From contig CAKOOS010000005.1 of assembly GCA_934098735.1 (NCBI GenBank), forward strand, positions 4,358 through 68,357: DNA of 64,000 bases, read 5' to 3'. This stretch comes from an uncultured Bacilli bacterium. GTDB lineage: Bacteria; Bacillota_I; Bacilli_A; RF39; UBA660. The position numbers and the translations under genes were made by a program. Positions within the stretch are counted from its first letter, which is position 1; every line of letters starts with the position of its first letter. This document shows, piece by piece, positions 30,857-43,154 of this stretch. A model generated the notes under the pieces. That model searched no databases. It saw only the letters and a program-made list of their open reading frames with translations, and was not told the origin of the DNA.

Positions 30857-30945
30857 ATAGACTGACGTGGCTGCTATTTTCCAATCCTGACCAGATTACA
30901 GCATATTTGTTGCACGCCTAAATACTATCAAAAATCTTATAAAAA
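30857..30945 (-). ncRNA. ffs: Small (4.5S-type) signal recognition particle RNA; boundaries approximate
   Basis: Minus-strand RNA folds as a long hairpin (GUGCAACAAAUAUG.../...CAUAGUUUGUGUGCAC). Its apical sequence UCUGGUCAGGAUUGGAAAAUAGCAGCC resembles the conserved SRP domain IV (GGUCAGGUCCGGAAGGAAGCAGCC). A U-run follows. SRP RNA lies beside tadA and dnaX in Bacillus. Confidence 0.5.
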
Positions 30946-30987
30946 GTCAATAAAAATTAGATTTTCATATATTATGTTAACCAAAAT

Positions 30988-31001
30988 ATTTCCTGGGAAA
31001 T
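30988..31001. promoter_or_regulatory. Noc-binding-site-like palindrome ATTTCCTGGGAAAT (one mismatch to the NBS consensus)
   Basis: Direct read. The B. subtilis NBS consensus is ATTTCCCGGGAAAT. Confidence 0.55.
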
Positions 31002-31039
31002 AAAATATATGGTTTTTTCCAATATTATGTAAACCAATT

Positions 31040-31053
31040 ATTTCCCGGGAAAT
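31040..31053. promoter_or_regulatory. Noc-binding-site palindrome ATTTCCCGGGAAAT (perfect consensus)
   Basis: Direct read of a perfect 14-bp palindrome identical to the published NBS consensus. Confidence 0.65.
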
Positions 31054-31111
31054 AATTTAAGTTTAATTTTTTGCCAAAAGTACGTTATTTTTGCAAGTAA
31101 ACAAACGTTCG

Positions 31112-31127
31112 TGTTTCACGTGAAACA
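31112..31127. promoter_or_regulatory. parS: parS site 1, TGTTTCACGTGAAACA
   Basis: Perfect 16-bp palindrome matching the Firmicute parS consensus TGTTNCACGTGAAACA. Confidence 0.8.
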
Positions 31128-31302
31128 TATTAACAAGTTATCAACTCTATCTACTTAAAAATAGCAACAAAATACTAACACGAAAAATGTTATATAAAAC
31201 AAACACATTATTAATAATTTTAATTTAATTTTGTACATCTATAGATAACACAGCTATATAATAAAAATTAATTATATAAAAATATAAACAAGTTATCAAC
31301 AA

Positions 31303-31318
31303 TGTTTCACGTGAAACA
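31303..31318. promoter_or_regulatory. parS: parS site 2, TGTTTCACGTGAAACA, immediately preceded by the DnaA-box-like TTATCAACA
   Basis: Identical perfect palindrome. A TTATCAACA 9-mer abuts it at about 31293-31301. Confidence 0.8.
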
Positions 31319-31571
31319 TTAACAACAATATTTTATTGTAGACTAACAAATTAGCAACAATTACTAAATTGTTTAAATTAATTATTATTAATATAATTTA
31401 ATTATAAATATCATTGCAATTGTTATCCTTTATTTAAAAATTAAAACCATTTAATTATTAATAAGCTTGTATTATATTTTACTTAGCTTAATTATTATTA
31501 TTTATTAATATTAATTAATATATTATTATCTATCAAATAAATAAAATTATAATTATTATTATTATTAACTA

Positions 31572-31587
31572 TGTTTCACGTGAAACA
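31572..31587. promoter_or_regulatory. parS: parS site 3, TGTTTCACGTGAAACA
   Basis: Third identical copy within 480 bp. Confidence 0.8.
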
Positions 31588-31713
31588 TTTTAAATTGCAC
31601 TTTTAAATAATTTTATGTAACTAAAAAAGGAAAACTATTAATTGTTTTCCTTTTTCTATTAATTCCTTATTAAATCAATTATTTTTTTAATTCTTGTATA
31701 TACAAAGTATATA

Positions 31714-34161
31714 CTAATTATTTTCTTCTTCAGATACCTCTGTTTCTTCTTTATCTACAAGGCTTATTGTTGATACCTTTTGATTTTCTTTTAAGTTAAT
31801 TAGCCTTAAACCTTGCGTTACTCTACCTAGAACAGATATTTGATCTAATGGCATACGCATCGTCATACCTGAATTTGTCATTATAACCAATTCTTTATTT
31901 TCTTCAACTATTTTAACACTAACTAAATTTCCATTTTTTTCAGTAATATTTAAGGCTTTAACACCTTTACTACCACGTTTAGTTTGACGATATTCGCTTA
32001 CTTTTGTTTGTTTACCATATCCTTTTTCCGTAACAAGTAATATCGTATTATCTTCTTTTACAATTTCTAAGCAAATACATTTACTATCATCTAAAGAAAT
32101 ACCCCTTACACCAGATGCAGTACGTCCCATGACTCTTATTTCGTCTTCATTAAATTTTACCATTCTACCACTATTACTACCAAGTAGAACCAAATCATTT
32201 CCAGTTGTTTTCTTAACTCCAATAAGTTTATCATTTTCTCTTAAAGATATACATATTTTTCCACTATTTCTAATATTTTCAAATTCACTAATTAAAGTCT
32301 TCTTAACTATACCGCCTTGAGTTGCAAATAAAAGATATTTACATTCATCATTTTTATTAATTTTAATAACAGCATTTATTTTTTCATCTTTTTCAATTTG
32401 AAGTAAATTTACAATAGGAAGACCTTTAGATTGTCTAGAATATTCTGGTATTTCATAGCCTTTTAATCTATAAACCTTACCCTTATCGGTAAAGAAAAGT
32501 ATATAATCGTGTGTTGATAAGTTAAGAATATGTTCAACAAAGTCCTCGTCATTCGTTGTAATTCCTTTAATTCCAACACCACCACGATTTTGTGACTTAA
32601 ATGTATCAGCAGTAGTTCTCTTTATATAACCCTTATTTGTTAAAACAACCAAAATATTTTCTTCTGGAATCAAAGATTCATCTTCAATATAATCTATTGC
32701 AGTCATATCAATTTTAGTACGTCTTTCATCACCATATTTATCTTTAATTTCAGTCATTTCTTCTTTTATTATGTTTAACACCTTATTATTATCTGCTAAA
32801 ATAGCTCGTAAGCGTTCAATTTCAATTCTAAGGGCATTTAACTCTTCTTCAATCTTTTCGCGTTCTAGACCTGTTAAACGACGTAATTTCATTTCTAAAA
32901 TATTATCAGTTTGAGCTTCAGTCAATCCAAAGCGTTCCATTAATTTAGTTTTTGCTTCTCCATCAGCTTTAGATTCCTTAATTATTTTAATAACTTCATC
33001 TAAATTATCAAAAACTATCTTATACCCTTCTAATATATGAACTCTTTTTTCTGCCTTATCAAGTTCAAATTGTGTACGTCTTATTATAACTTCTTGTTGA
33101 TAATCAACATATTTAGCAATAATATCTTTTAATCCCAAAGTTCTCGGAGTTTTCTTATCAAGCATTAAGAATATAATACCAAATGTCGTTTGAAAAGCAG
33201 TATGTTTATATAAATTATTAAGAACAACTTGAGGATTAGCATCCTTTTTTAACGTAATTGTTATTTTAATACCATCTTTTAAATCAGTATGATAATCAGT
33301 TATTCCTTCTAAAACTTTATTATGTACTAGATCTGCTATTTTTTGTTTTAAATCAAGAGTATTTACTCCATAAGGAACTTCTTCAATAATTATATAATGT
33401 CTGCCATTTTTTTCTTCTATAGTCGCTTTACTCCTAATAGTTATAGAACCTCTACCAGTTTCATAAGCCTTTTTAATACCTGAATTACCTAATATGATAC
33501 CCCCAGTAGGAAAATCTGGTCCCTTTATATACTGCATAAGTTCATCAGTTGTTATATTTGGATTATCTATATATGCAATACAACCATCAATAACTTCTCC
33601 TAAATTATGCGGAGGAATGTTCGTAGCCATTCCAACAGCTATACCCATAGTACCATTTACAAGTATATTCGGATATCTAGAAGGTAAAACTTCTGGTTCC
33701 TTAGTTGTTTCATCATAATTAGGAATAAAATCAACTGTATTTTTATTGATATCTCGTAGTAATTCCATTGATATTTTAGCTAATTTACTTTCGGTATAAC
33801 GATAAGCGGCAGGTCTCGGATATTCAATATTACCAAAGTTACCATGTCCATCAACTAGTAAATAACGATAATTAAAGTCTTGAGCCATTCTTACCATAGC
33901 TTCATAAATAGAAGAATCTCCATGTGGGTGATATTTCCCCATTACGTCCCCAACTATCGTAGCACTTTTTCGATATTTTTTATCTGGTGTAAGACCATTT
34001 TCTAGCATATCATATATAATTCTTCTATGAACAGGCTTTAACCCATCTCTTAGATCTGGTAAAGCTCTTGCTTTTATAACACTCATTGAATATTCTATAA
34101 ATGATTTTTCTATTTCATCAACTATATTATTTTCATTTAATCTATCTATATTTTGATCCAT
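31714..34161 (-). CDS. gyrA: DNA gyrase subunit A
   Basis: 815 aa with the 'AAMRYTE'-like active-site region and a GyrA-box beta-pinwheel C-terminal domain; directly downstream of gyrB. Confidence 0.95.
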   Translation of the reverse strand: MDQNIDRLNENNIVDEIEKSFIEYSMSVIKARALPDLRDGLKPVHRRIIYDMLENGLTPDKKYRKSATIVGDVMGKYHPHGDSSIYEAMVRMAQDFNYRYLLVDGHGNFGNIEYPRPAAYRYTESKLAKISMELLRDINKNTVDFIPNYDETTKEPEVLPSRYPNILVNGTMGIAVGMATNIPPHNLGEVIDGCIAYIDNPNITTDELMQYIKGPDFPTGGIILGNSGIKKAYETGRGSITIRSKATIEEKNGRHYIIIEEVPYGVNTLDLKQKIADLVHNKVLEGITDYHTDLKDGIKITITLKKDANPQVVLNNLYKHTAFQTTFGIIFLMLDKKTPRTLGLKDIIAKYVDYQQEVIIRRTQFELDKAEKRVHILEGYKIVFDNLDEVIKIIKESKADGEAKTKLMERFGLTEAQTDNILEMKLRRLTGLEREKIEEELNALRIEIERLRAILADNNKVLNIIKEEMTEIKDKYGDERRTKIDMTAIDYIEDESLIPEENILVVLTNKGYIKRTTADTFKSQNRGGVGIKGITTNDEDFVEHILNLSTHDYILFFTDKGKVYRLKGYEIPEYSRQSKGLPIVNLLQIEKDEKINAVIKINKNDECKYLLFATQGGIVKKTLISEFENIRNSGKICISLRENDKLIGVKKTTGNDLVLLGSNSGRMVKFNEDEIRVMGRTASGVRGISLDDSKCICLEIVKEDNTILLVTEKGYGKQTKVSEYRQTKRGSKGVKALNITEKNGNLVSVKIVEENKELVIMTNSGMTMRMPLDQISVLGRVTQGLRLINLKENQKVSTISLVDKEETEVSEEENN

Positions 34162-34171
34162 AATCTACCTC

Positions 34172-37188
<3,017 letters not shown>

Positions 37189-37304
37189 TTATTTACCCCC
37201 CTTAAGCCCTACATTTAAAATTTAAGGCATAATGGTATACCTATACACATGTTAATTATAACACAAAAAATAACCATTTAAAATAAAAAACAACTTAAAA
37301 TTAT

Positions 37305-37733
37305 TTATTTTCTTGATAAATAAACCCACCATAATCTACTACATTTAAGCAGTTGATTATTTATAATAGTGTAACTAATATTAAGATCCAATTTTAAACC
37401 ATTTTTAAAGTTAATAACTATTAAGTTATCCACTTTTTCTAAGTTATTTATCATGTTAAAATTTATCCAAATAACCTCCATTTTAATATAAAGCGGAAAA
37501 AATATTAAACAATTTTTTTCATTAATAATAATTGGTAACTTATATTTTCCCCCGAGCAAACTACTACTTCCCTGAACTCTCCCTTTAAAAGAACTTCCAT
37601 AATAAACACAACTATTATTCAAAATACAACTTAAAACATTACCATTAAATGAATATTCTTCACTAACTTCTTTTACTAAAGTACTATAACTACACGCCCT
37701 AATATAAAGAGTATCTTGCGTAATCGTATACAT
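37305..37733 (-). CDS. ComK-family (competence transcription factor-like) protein, short form
   Basis: 'CVYYGSSFKGRVQGSSSLLG...KLPIIINEKNCLIFFPL' parallels the B. subtilis ComK core 'CVFYVN...FFGSSYAGRKAGT...KPPIMVDPSNQIFLFPT'. It has its own promoter-like TTGACA-N18-TAGTAT. Confidence 0.45.
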   Translation of the reverse strand: MYTITQDTLYIRACSYSTLVKEVSEEYSFNGNVLSCILNNSCVYYGSSFKGRVQGSSSLLGGKYKLPIIINEKNCLIFFPLYIKMEVIWINFNMINNLEKVDNLIVINFKNGLKLDLNISYTIINNQLLKCSRLWWVYLSRK

Positions 37734-37788
37734 AGTTTCTCCTTTCTTTTGGCGGTTATCATACTACGCTAAAAATAAAAAAATTGTC

Positions 37789-37817
37789 AAAAAAAAGAAC
37801 AAATATTAAATTTGTTC
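37789..37817 (-). terminator. Rho-independent terminator after dnaN
   Basis: Minus-strand hairpin GAACAAAT-TTAAT-ATTTGTTC followed by a U8 run. Confidence 0.6.
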
Positions 37818-37822
37818 AATTT

Positions 37823-38941
37823 TTAATAAGTTTTAATTGGTAATATTAATTCTGTAAGGGTTTCATCAGTTACAGGTTTAATTAAAATTGGTTTATCATC
37901 TGTATTTAATAGAAGTAAAATATTATCTTCTTTAATTACCTTTAAAGCATCCATCATATATTTAGAACTGAAAGAAATTTCAATTTTTTCTTTATTATTA
38001 CAATCAATATGAAGTTTTTCTTCAGCATTACCAAGTTCATTAGATGTTGATGTAATTATCATATCTTTATCTTGAATATGCATTTTTATTATATTTTTTT
38101 CTTTATTTTGAGCAAGTAAAGCTGCTCTATCAACAGCATCATAAAACTCTTTTAAATTTAAATTAATCATATATGCAAAATCATTTGGAATAAAATGAGA
38201 TGTTTCTGGATATGATCCACTTAAAAGATTACTTTGAATATAAATATTTTTATAAACAAATAATATTTTGTTAGTAAATACATATATTTCCACATCATCA
38301 TCTTCGGCAATAATCTTTTCAAGTTCTGTAATACTTCTTCCAGGTATAACAATATTTACTTGTTTTTGACTAGGAACTTCTAATTTAATATTCTTTTTTG
38401 ATAAACGATAAGAATCAGTTGCAATACATTCTAAAATATCTCCATTTATTTTTAAGTTAATTCCTGTTAATAAAGGTCTAACTTCTTGTGTAGATAAAGC
38501 ATAAGATGTTTGATTAATTATTTCTCTTAAAACTTCTGATTTAATAGTAATTGATTCCTTACTTTTTTCAATATTAATATTTGGATAATCTTGAGGATTA
38601 TAACAGTTCAAACGATATTGATTGTTAGGTGTGCTTATTTTTATCTTTTGAGCTTCCTCTATTTCAAAATCTATTACATCTGCAGGCATTTTTCTTATCA
38701 TATCTAGAAAATATTTACTTTGAATGATAATTCTTCCTTTACCTTCCATGTGTTTAATATTTTCTTCTGGAATCATAACCTTAATAGTAAGTTCACTATC
38801 ACTTGCTAAAAGTTCTATACCCTTTTCTGTAATATCAAAAACTATTCCATTTAAAACAGCTATAGTTGTTCTCTGACTTAAAGCTTTTGTAACATTATTT
38901 AAAGCTTCTAAAATAACATTTTTTTCAATTGTCCATTTCAT
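37823..38941 (-). CDS. dnaN: DNA polymerase III beta sliding clamp
   Basis: 372 aa three-domain clamp, downstream of dnaA. Confidence 0.9.
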   Translation of the reverse strand: MKWTIEKNVILEALNNVTKALSQRTTIAVLNGIVFDITEKGIELLASDSELTIKVMIPEENIKHMEGKGRIIIQSKYFLDMIRKMPADVIDFEIEEAQKIKISTPNNQYRLNCYNPQDYPNINIEKSKESITIKSEVLREIINQTSYALSTQEVRPLLTGINLKINGDILECIATDSYRLSKKNIKLEVPSQKQVNIVIPGRSITELEKIIAEDDDVEIYVFTNKILFVYKNIYIQSNLLSGSYPETSHFIPNDFAYMINLNLKEFYDAVDRAALLAQNKEKNIIKMHIQDKDMIITSTSNELGNAEEKLHIDCNNKEKIEISFSSKYMMDALKVIKEDNILLLLNTDDKPILIKPVTDETLTELILPIKTY

Positions 38942-39057
38942 ATTTTTTTCCTTCTTTCTTTTATTTATTTTTTAATATTTATATTAATAGTGTTGATAAT
39001 GTTGATAAGTTTTTTTTTCTAGATATATTCCTTACAAAATAACTTTTCTTATCAACA
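38942..39057. promoter_or_regulatory. oriC: oriC part 2 (dnaA-dnaN intergenic): AT-rich DNA unwinding element plus three DnaA-box-like 9-mers
   Basis: TGTTGATAA at about 38991-38999 and 39000-39008, and TTATCAACA at about 39049-39057. An AT tract TTTTATTTATTTTTTAATATTTATATTAATA lies between them. Confidence 0.7.
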
Positions 39058-40401
39058 TTATTGTAACTTCATCTTTATTTCTTTCAACATGTTATTAAGA
39101 TTATCATTTACTTCTAACTCTTCCTTTATTTTATCACATGCTGTAGATACTGTCGAGTGATCTCTTCCTCCGAATTCAAGGCCAATTTTAGCCAAGTTTT
39201 CATCTGTTTCAACCCGGCATAAATACATGGCTATATGCCTTGGTCTTACAACTGTATTAGTTCTTCTTTTACTTTTTAAATCATCAACGGATATTTTAAA
39301 GTACTCTGCTACGGCACTTTGAATTGATGCTATTGAATTGTTGATAAATATATTGGTATTAACATAATCCTTTAAAGCCTCATTAGCAAAATCAAGGGTT
39401 ATTTTATCCGGTACCATCATTGCTGTATATGCTAATAATCTATTAATTGTCCCTTCTATATGTCTTACATCATTTACACATGAATTAGCTATATATTCAA
39501 TAACATCTTCATTCAATTTATTTTCTATGCTTGTATTTTTAATCTTTGCCTTAATTATTTCGCACCTAAGATTAAAGTCTGGAGGATATATATCAACGGG
39601 TAATCCCCACATAAATCTACTTCGTAATCTCTCTTCTATCTTTTTTAAATCATCAGGACTTTTATCACTACTTATGATTATTTGTTTATTTGCTTGATGT
39701 AAAGCATTAAATGTGTGAAAAAATTCTTGTTGAGTTCTCTCAGCTCCAACTAAAAACTGTATATCATCAATTATTAAAACATCAACATTTCGGTACTTAT
39801 TTTTAAATTCATTTGCATAATTTAAATTATTATTACTAGTTGCAATTCCTGTAAATTCAGTCATAAATTCATTACTAGTTGTATAAAGAACCTTAAGTTT
39901 AGAATGATCTTTAATATAATTTCCAATTGCTTGCATTAAATGCGTTTTTCCAAGACCACTTCTTCCATATATAAATAATGGATTATGAATAGTACCAGGT
40001 GCTTCTGCAACAGCTCTTGCAGCTACAAAAGCTAACCTATTTGAATTACCTACAATATAAGAATCAAATGTAAATTTTGGATTTAAATTAGTATTCCACT
40101 CTACTTCTTTTTCCAATACTTCTTCTTCTACAACTGGCTGAACAAAAGTTTCAACTTCATCCTCAGTAATATATTTAAATGTATAGTTTATTCCAGTCAT
40201 TGAGAAAAACGATGCATCAATTATATCAGCATAAGTCTCAGTAAGCATCTGTTTATGAATTTCCATTGGAACTTTTATTGTTACTACATTGTTGACAATT
40301 GAAAGTAGTTCAAGTTTTGAAAACCAAATAGTATATGCATTTTGACTTACTTGTGTTTGAATATCATTTAAAAAACGCAAAAAAAGCTCATCTGTTTTCA
40401 T
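39058..40401 (-). CDS. dnaA: Chromosomal replication initiator protein DnaA
   Basis: AAA+ Walker A 'GRSGLGKTHL' and a domain IV HTH. Confidence 0.95.
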   Translation of the reverse strand: MKTDELFLRFLNDIQTQVSQNAYTIWFSKLELLSIVNNVVTIKVPMEIHKQMLTETYADIIDASFFSMTGINYTFKYITEDEVETFVQPVVEEEVLEKEVEWNTNLNPKFTFDSYIVGNSNRLAFVAARAVAEAPGTIHNPLFIYGRSGLGKTHLMQAIGNYIKDHSKLKVLYTTSNEFMTEFTGIATSNNNLNYANEFKNKYRNVDVLIIDDIQFLVGAERTQQEFFHTFNALHQANKQIIISSDKSPDDLKKIEERLRSRFMWGLPVDIYPPDFNLRCEIIKAKIKNTSIENKLNEDVIEYIANSCVNDVRHIEGTINRLLAYTAMMVPDKITLDFANEALKDYVNTNIFINNSIASIQSAVAEYFKISVDDLKSKRRTNTVVRPRHIAMYLCRVETDENLAKIGLEFGGRDHSTVSTACDKIKEELEVNDNLNNMLKEIKMKLQ

Positions 40402-40722
40402 ACCTCACCCCACTAACAAATTTCATAACTAAATTTTATACCATTTTCTGTTAAAAAAAAAGAGTAAATTTTAAAAAACTTATTATTCACAAAATTATCA
40501 ACGACAAAAGTCCCTAAAATTCGACATTTATTATAGTTATCAACACTATCAACAAATTTAAACTAACAATAAGACTTATTCACAAATTATAAACAATAAG
40601 GATTTAATAAAATGTTGTTAATTTTGTGGATTATTTTGTAAAGTTATCAACAAATTATCCACAATCTCCAAAAAACGATAGTTATCAACCATAATAGATG
40701 ATATAATAATAAAGGTGTAAAA
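40402..40722. promoter_or_regulatory. oriC: oriC part 1: cluster of about 9 DnaA boxes upstream of dnaA. One is a perfect TTATCCACA at about 40655-40663; the others are TTATCAACA/TTATTCACA variants
   Basis: Direct read of repeated TTATC[AC]ACA 9-mers in both orientations. Confidence 0.75.
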
Positions 40723-41535
40723 ATGAAAAAAATAGCAGTATTAAATGATATTCATGGAAATCTTTTTTTATTAAATAAAGTAATAGAAAGTTTAAAAGAT
40801 AAAAATATAGATAAATATATTATTTGTGGAGATTTTCTAACAGATGGCCCAGACGATAACAAAATTATAGAAACTATAAAAGATTTAAATGCTGAAGTAA
40901 TTATAGGAAATAGAGAAGAAACTATCTTGGATATTAAAAATAAAAAATTTAAACCAGATATTAAAAGTTATCCTTTGTTTTATACAGCTAACAATTTAAG
41001 CTTTGAAAATATATTGTATCTAGAAAGCTTAACTAAATATAAAATAATTAATTATGAAGGAAAGAGAATTTGTATTTCCCACGGAAGTCCCTATAATATA
41101 AGGGATATGATAAATTTTAAAGATGATTTGTTTTTCCAAAATATTAAAAATGATTTTCCAGCAGATATTTATCTATTTGCTCACTCTCATCGCCCATTTT
41201 ATAAAGAATATCAAAATCAAGTTTTTATAAATACGGGTGCTATAAATTGTATTTTAGGTAGAAAAAAAGTAACTTCCTATGGAATAATAACTATAAATTC
41301 AAGTTTAATTAGTTATGAACAAGTTTATCTTCCTTATAATATAGAAGAAGTAAAAGAATATTATTTAAATAGCGATTATTATAAAGCTTGCCCTGAATGG
41401 AGCATGATAATATTAAATGTACTTAATTCTGGTTATAATTACATTGAAGCTTTTTCTAATCAATTTGATTTTTCCAAAAGTATAAATGAAAATTTTACTA
41501 ACTTTGTCAGAAATTATGATCTACCAATAAAATGA
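40723..41535 (+). CDS. Calcineurin-like metallophosphoesterase
   Basis: Motifs 'DIHGN', 'GDFLTDGPD', 'GNRE' and 'AHSHRP'. Confidence 0.75.
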   Translation: MKKIAVLNDIHGNLFLLNKVIESLKDKNIDKYIICGDFLTDGPDDNKIIETIKDLNAEVIIGNREETILDIKNKKFKPDIKSYPLFYTANNLSFENILYLESLTKYKIINYEGKRICISHGSPYNIRDMINFKDDLFFQNIKNDFPADIYLFAHSHRPFYKEYQNQVFINTGAINCILGRKKVTSYGIITINSSLISYEQVYLPYNIEEVKEYYLNSDYYKACPEWSMIILNVLNSGYNYIEAFSNQFDFSKSINENFTNFVRNYDLPIK

Positions 41536-41549
41536 TAAAAATGTTTTGC

Positions 41550-41579
41550 TTGACTTATTTACATCTTTAATATTATAAT
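41550..41579 (+). promoter_or_regulatory. Sigma-A-type promoter for rpmH-rnpA (TTGACT-N18-TATAAT)
   Basis: Direct read; the -10 lies about 36 nt upstream of the rpmH ATG. Confidence 0.6.
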
Positions 41580-41615
41580 AAGGAAGCTAATTTAAGAAAC
41601 GGAGGGAATTTTATT

Positions 41616-41738
41616 ATGAAAAGAACTTATCAACCAAATAAAAGAAAAGCTGCAAAAAAACATGGCTTTTTTGCAAGAAAAGAAACTGATATATTAAATA
41701 GACGTCGTAGAAAAGGACGTAAAGTTTTATGTAAGTAA
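41616..41738 (+). CDS. rpmH: 50S ribosomal protein L34
   Basis: [11 protein letters not shown]...RRRKGRKVL; 40 aa with RBS GGAGGG. Not in the track because it is below the ORF size cutoff. Confidence 0.8.
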   Translation: MKRTYQPNKRKAAKKHGFFARKETDILNRRRRKGRKVLCK

Positions 41739-41762
41739 AAACCACTTTAACGTGGTTTTTTT
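41737..41762 (+). terminator. Rho-independent terminator/attenuator after rpmH
   Basis: Hairpin AAAACCAC-TTTAAC-GTGGTTTT followed by a T-run. Confidence 0.6.
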
Positions 41763-41776
41763 CCTAAGGAATTATT

Positions 41777-42112
41777 ATGAAAAGATATGAAATGGTAAAA
41801 TCTCATGAAGATTTTAATGAAATTATAAAAAATGGTTCTAAAATTAAAAATAAATATATGATAATATTTAAAGAATCAAAAAATTTTGAAAAACCCAACT
41901 TTGGTATAGCAGTAGGAAAGAAACTTGGCAATGCTGTTACAAGGAATAAATATAAACGACAAATTAGAAATATTGTTGATAAAAATCGTTTTCTATTTGC
42001 AAATAACCATAATTATATTATAATGATAAAGAAAGAAGCAAAACTTGCTACTTTTCAAGACTTAGAAAAAGAACTTATCAATTCTCTAAGAAAGGATATC
42101 TATGAAAAATAA
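41777..42112 (+). CDS. rnpA: Ribonuclease P protein component
   Basis: 111 aa basic protein after rpmH. Confidence 0.85.
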   Translation: MKRYEMVKSHEDFNEIIKNGSKIKNKYMIIFKESKNFEKPNFGIAVGKKLGNAVTRNKYKRQIRNIVDKNRFLFANNHNYIIMIKKEAKLATFQDLEKELINSLRKDIYEK

Positions 42113-43154
42113 CAAATTTAAAATATTAATACTTGTATGTGTAATTTTTCTTACAGCTGGATGTGGAAAATCAAAATATATAATGGATGATAACAATAAG
42201 GTAATAACTTATGAAGAAACTGGCCAAATGCTTGAAAAAGATATTTTATGCTTGCCTGAAAAAGATGGTGAATTATATAAAATATATCAAAAATATGGTG
42301 ATGAATTAGATGTAGATTTTAAAGACTTACCAGCATGTACAGAATTTAAAGTAAATTCTAATCCAAGCTCTGGACTATGGGAATTTTTGTTTGTCAAACC
42401 ATTAGCGTTTTTAATATTAAAACTTGGAAAACTTGTTAATAATCTTGGTATTTCTTTAATTCTTATTGGACTTGCAATAAGATTAATATTACTTCCTTTT
42501 ACAATAAAATCCACAAAACAAACTGCTAATATGAAAAAAGCTCAACCAGAACTTGAAAAGCTAGAAAGAAAATATCGTAATAAAACAGATAATGAATCAT
42601 TAATGGCAAAAAGTCAAGAAACTATGATGATTTATAAAAAATATAAAGTTAATCCAATGGTAGGATGTTTAATGGCTTTTATTCAACTTCCTTTGTTCTT
42701 TGCTTTTTTACAAGCAATCTATAGAACTCCATCAATTTATGAAGAAAGACTTTTAAGCTTTAATTTAGGTATGACACCACTTGTGGGAATTAAGAGTGGA
42801 AATTATCTATATCTACTACTATTAATATTAATTGCAATATCAACATATTTCTCATTTAGACAAACAATGAGCCAAACGGCAGGACAAACGCCAGAAATGC
42901 AACATCAAATGAAAATAATGTTATACGTTATGCTTGGAGTAATAACTTATGCATCACTATCACTTCCAACAGCTTTAGCATTTTATTGGATCGTAACCTA
43001 TGCTTTCATAGCTATTCAAAACATAGTTATAAATATGATAAATAATAAATCCTTAACTAATAAACCTAAAAAAAACTTGACTGAAAAAAAGAAAGAAAAA
43101 ATAAAGGACAAGTTAGTTAAGAAAGAAGGCATGAAGTATGGAAAAAATAACTAA
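42102..43154 (+). CDS. yidC: Membrane protein insertase YidC/SpoIIIJ (lipoprotein form)
   Basis: Lipobox 'LTAGCG' and YidC TM-core motifs; conserved position. Confidence 0.85.
   Translation: MKNNKFKILILVCVIFLTAGCGKSKYIMDDNNKVITYEETGQMLEKDILCLPEKDGELYKIYQKYGDELDVDFKDLPACTEFKVNSNPSSGLWEFLFVKPLAFLILKLGKLVNNLGISLILIGLAIRLILLPFTIKSTKQTANMKKAQPELEKLERKYRNKTDNESLMAKSQETMMIYKKYKVNPMVGCLMAFIQLPLFFAFLQAIYRTPSIYEERLLSFNLGMTPLVGIKSGNYLYLLLLILIAISTYFSFRQTMSQTAGQTPEMQHQMKIMLYVMLGVITYASLSLPTALAFYWIVTYAFIAIQNIVINMINNKSLTNKPKKNLTEKKKEKIKDKLVKKEGMKYGKNN

Noticed and set aside
31112-31127. The 16-bp palindrome was considered as a CcpA cre site, a LexA/Cheo box, a Rex box or a CodY box
   Set aside because: The half-site orientation and spacing (TGTTTCAC/GTGAAACA) do not fit cre (TGWAANCGNTNWCA), Cheo (CGAACATATGTTCG), Rex (TTGTGAA-N4-TTCACAA) or CodY (AATTTTCWGAAAATT). 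The exact match is to parS
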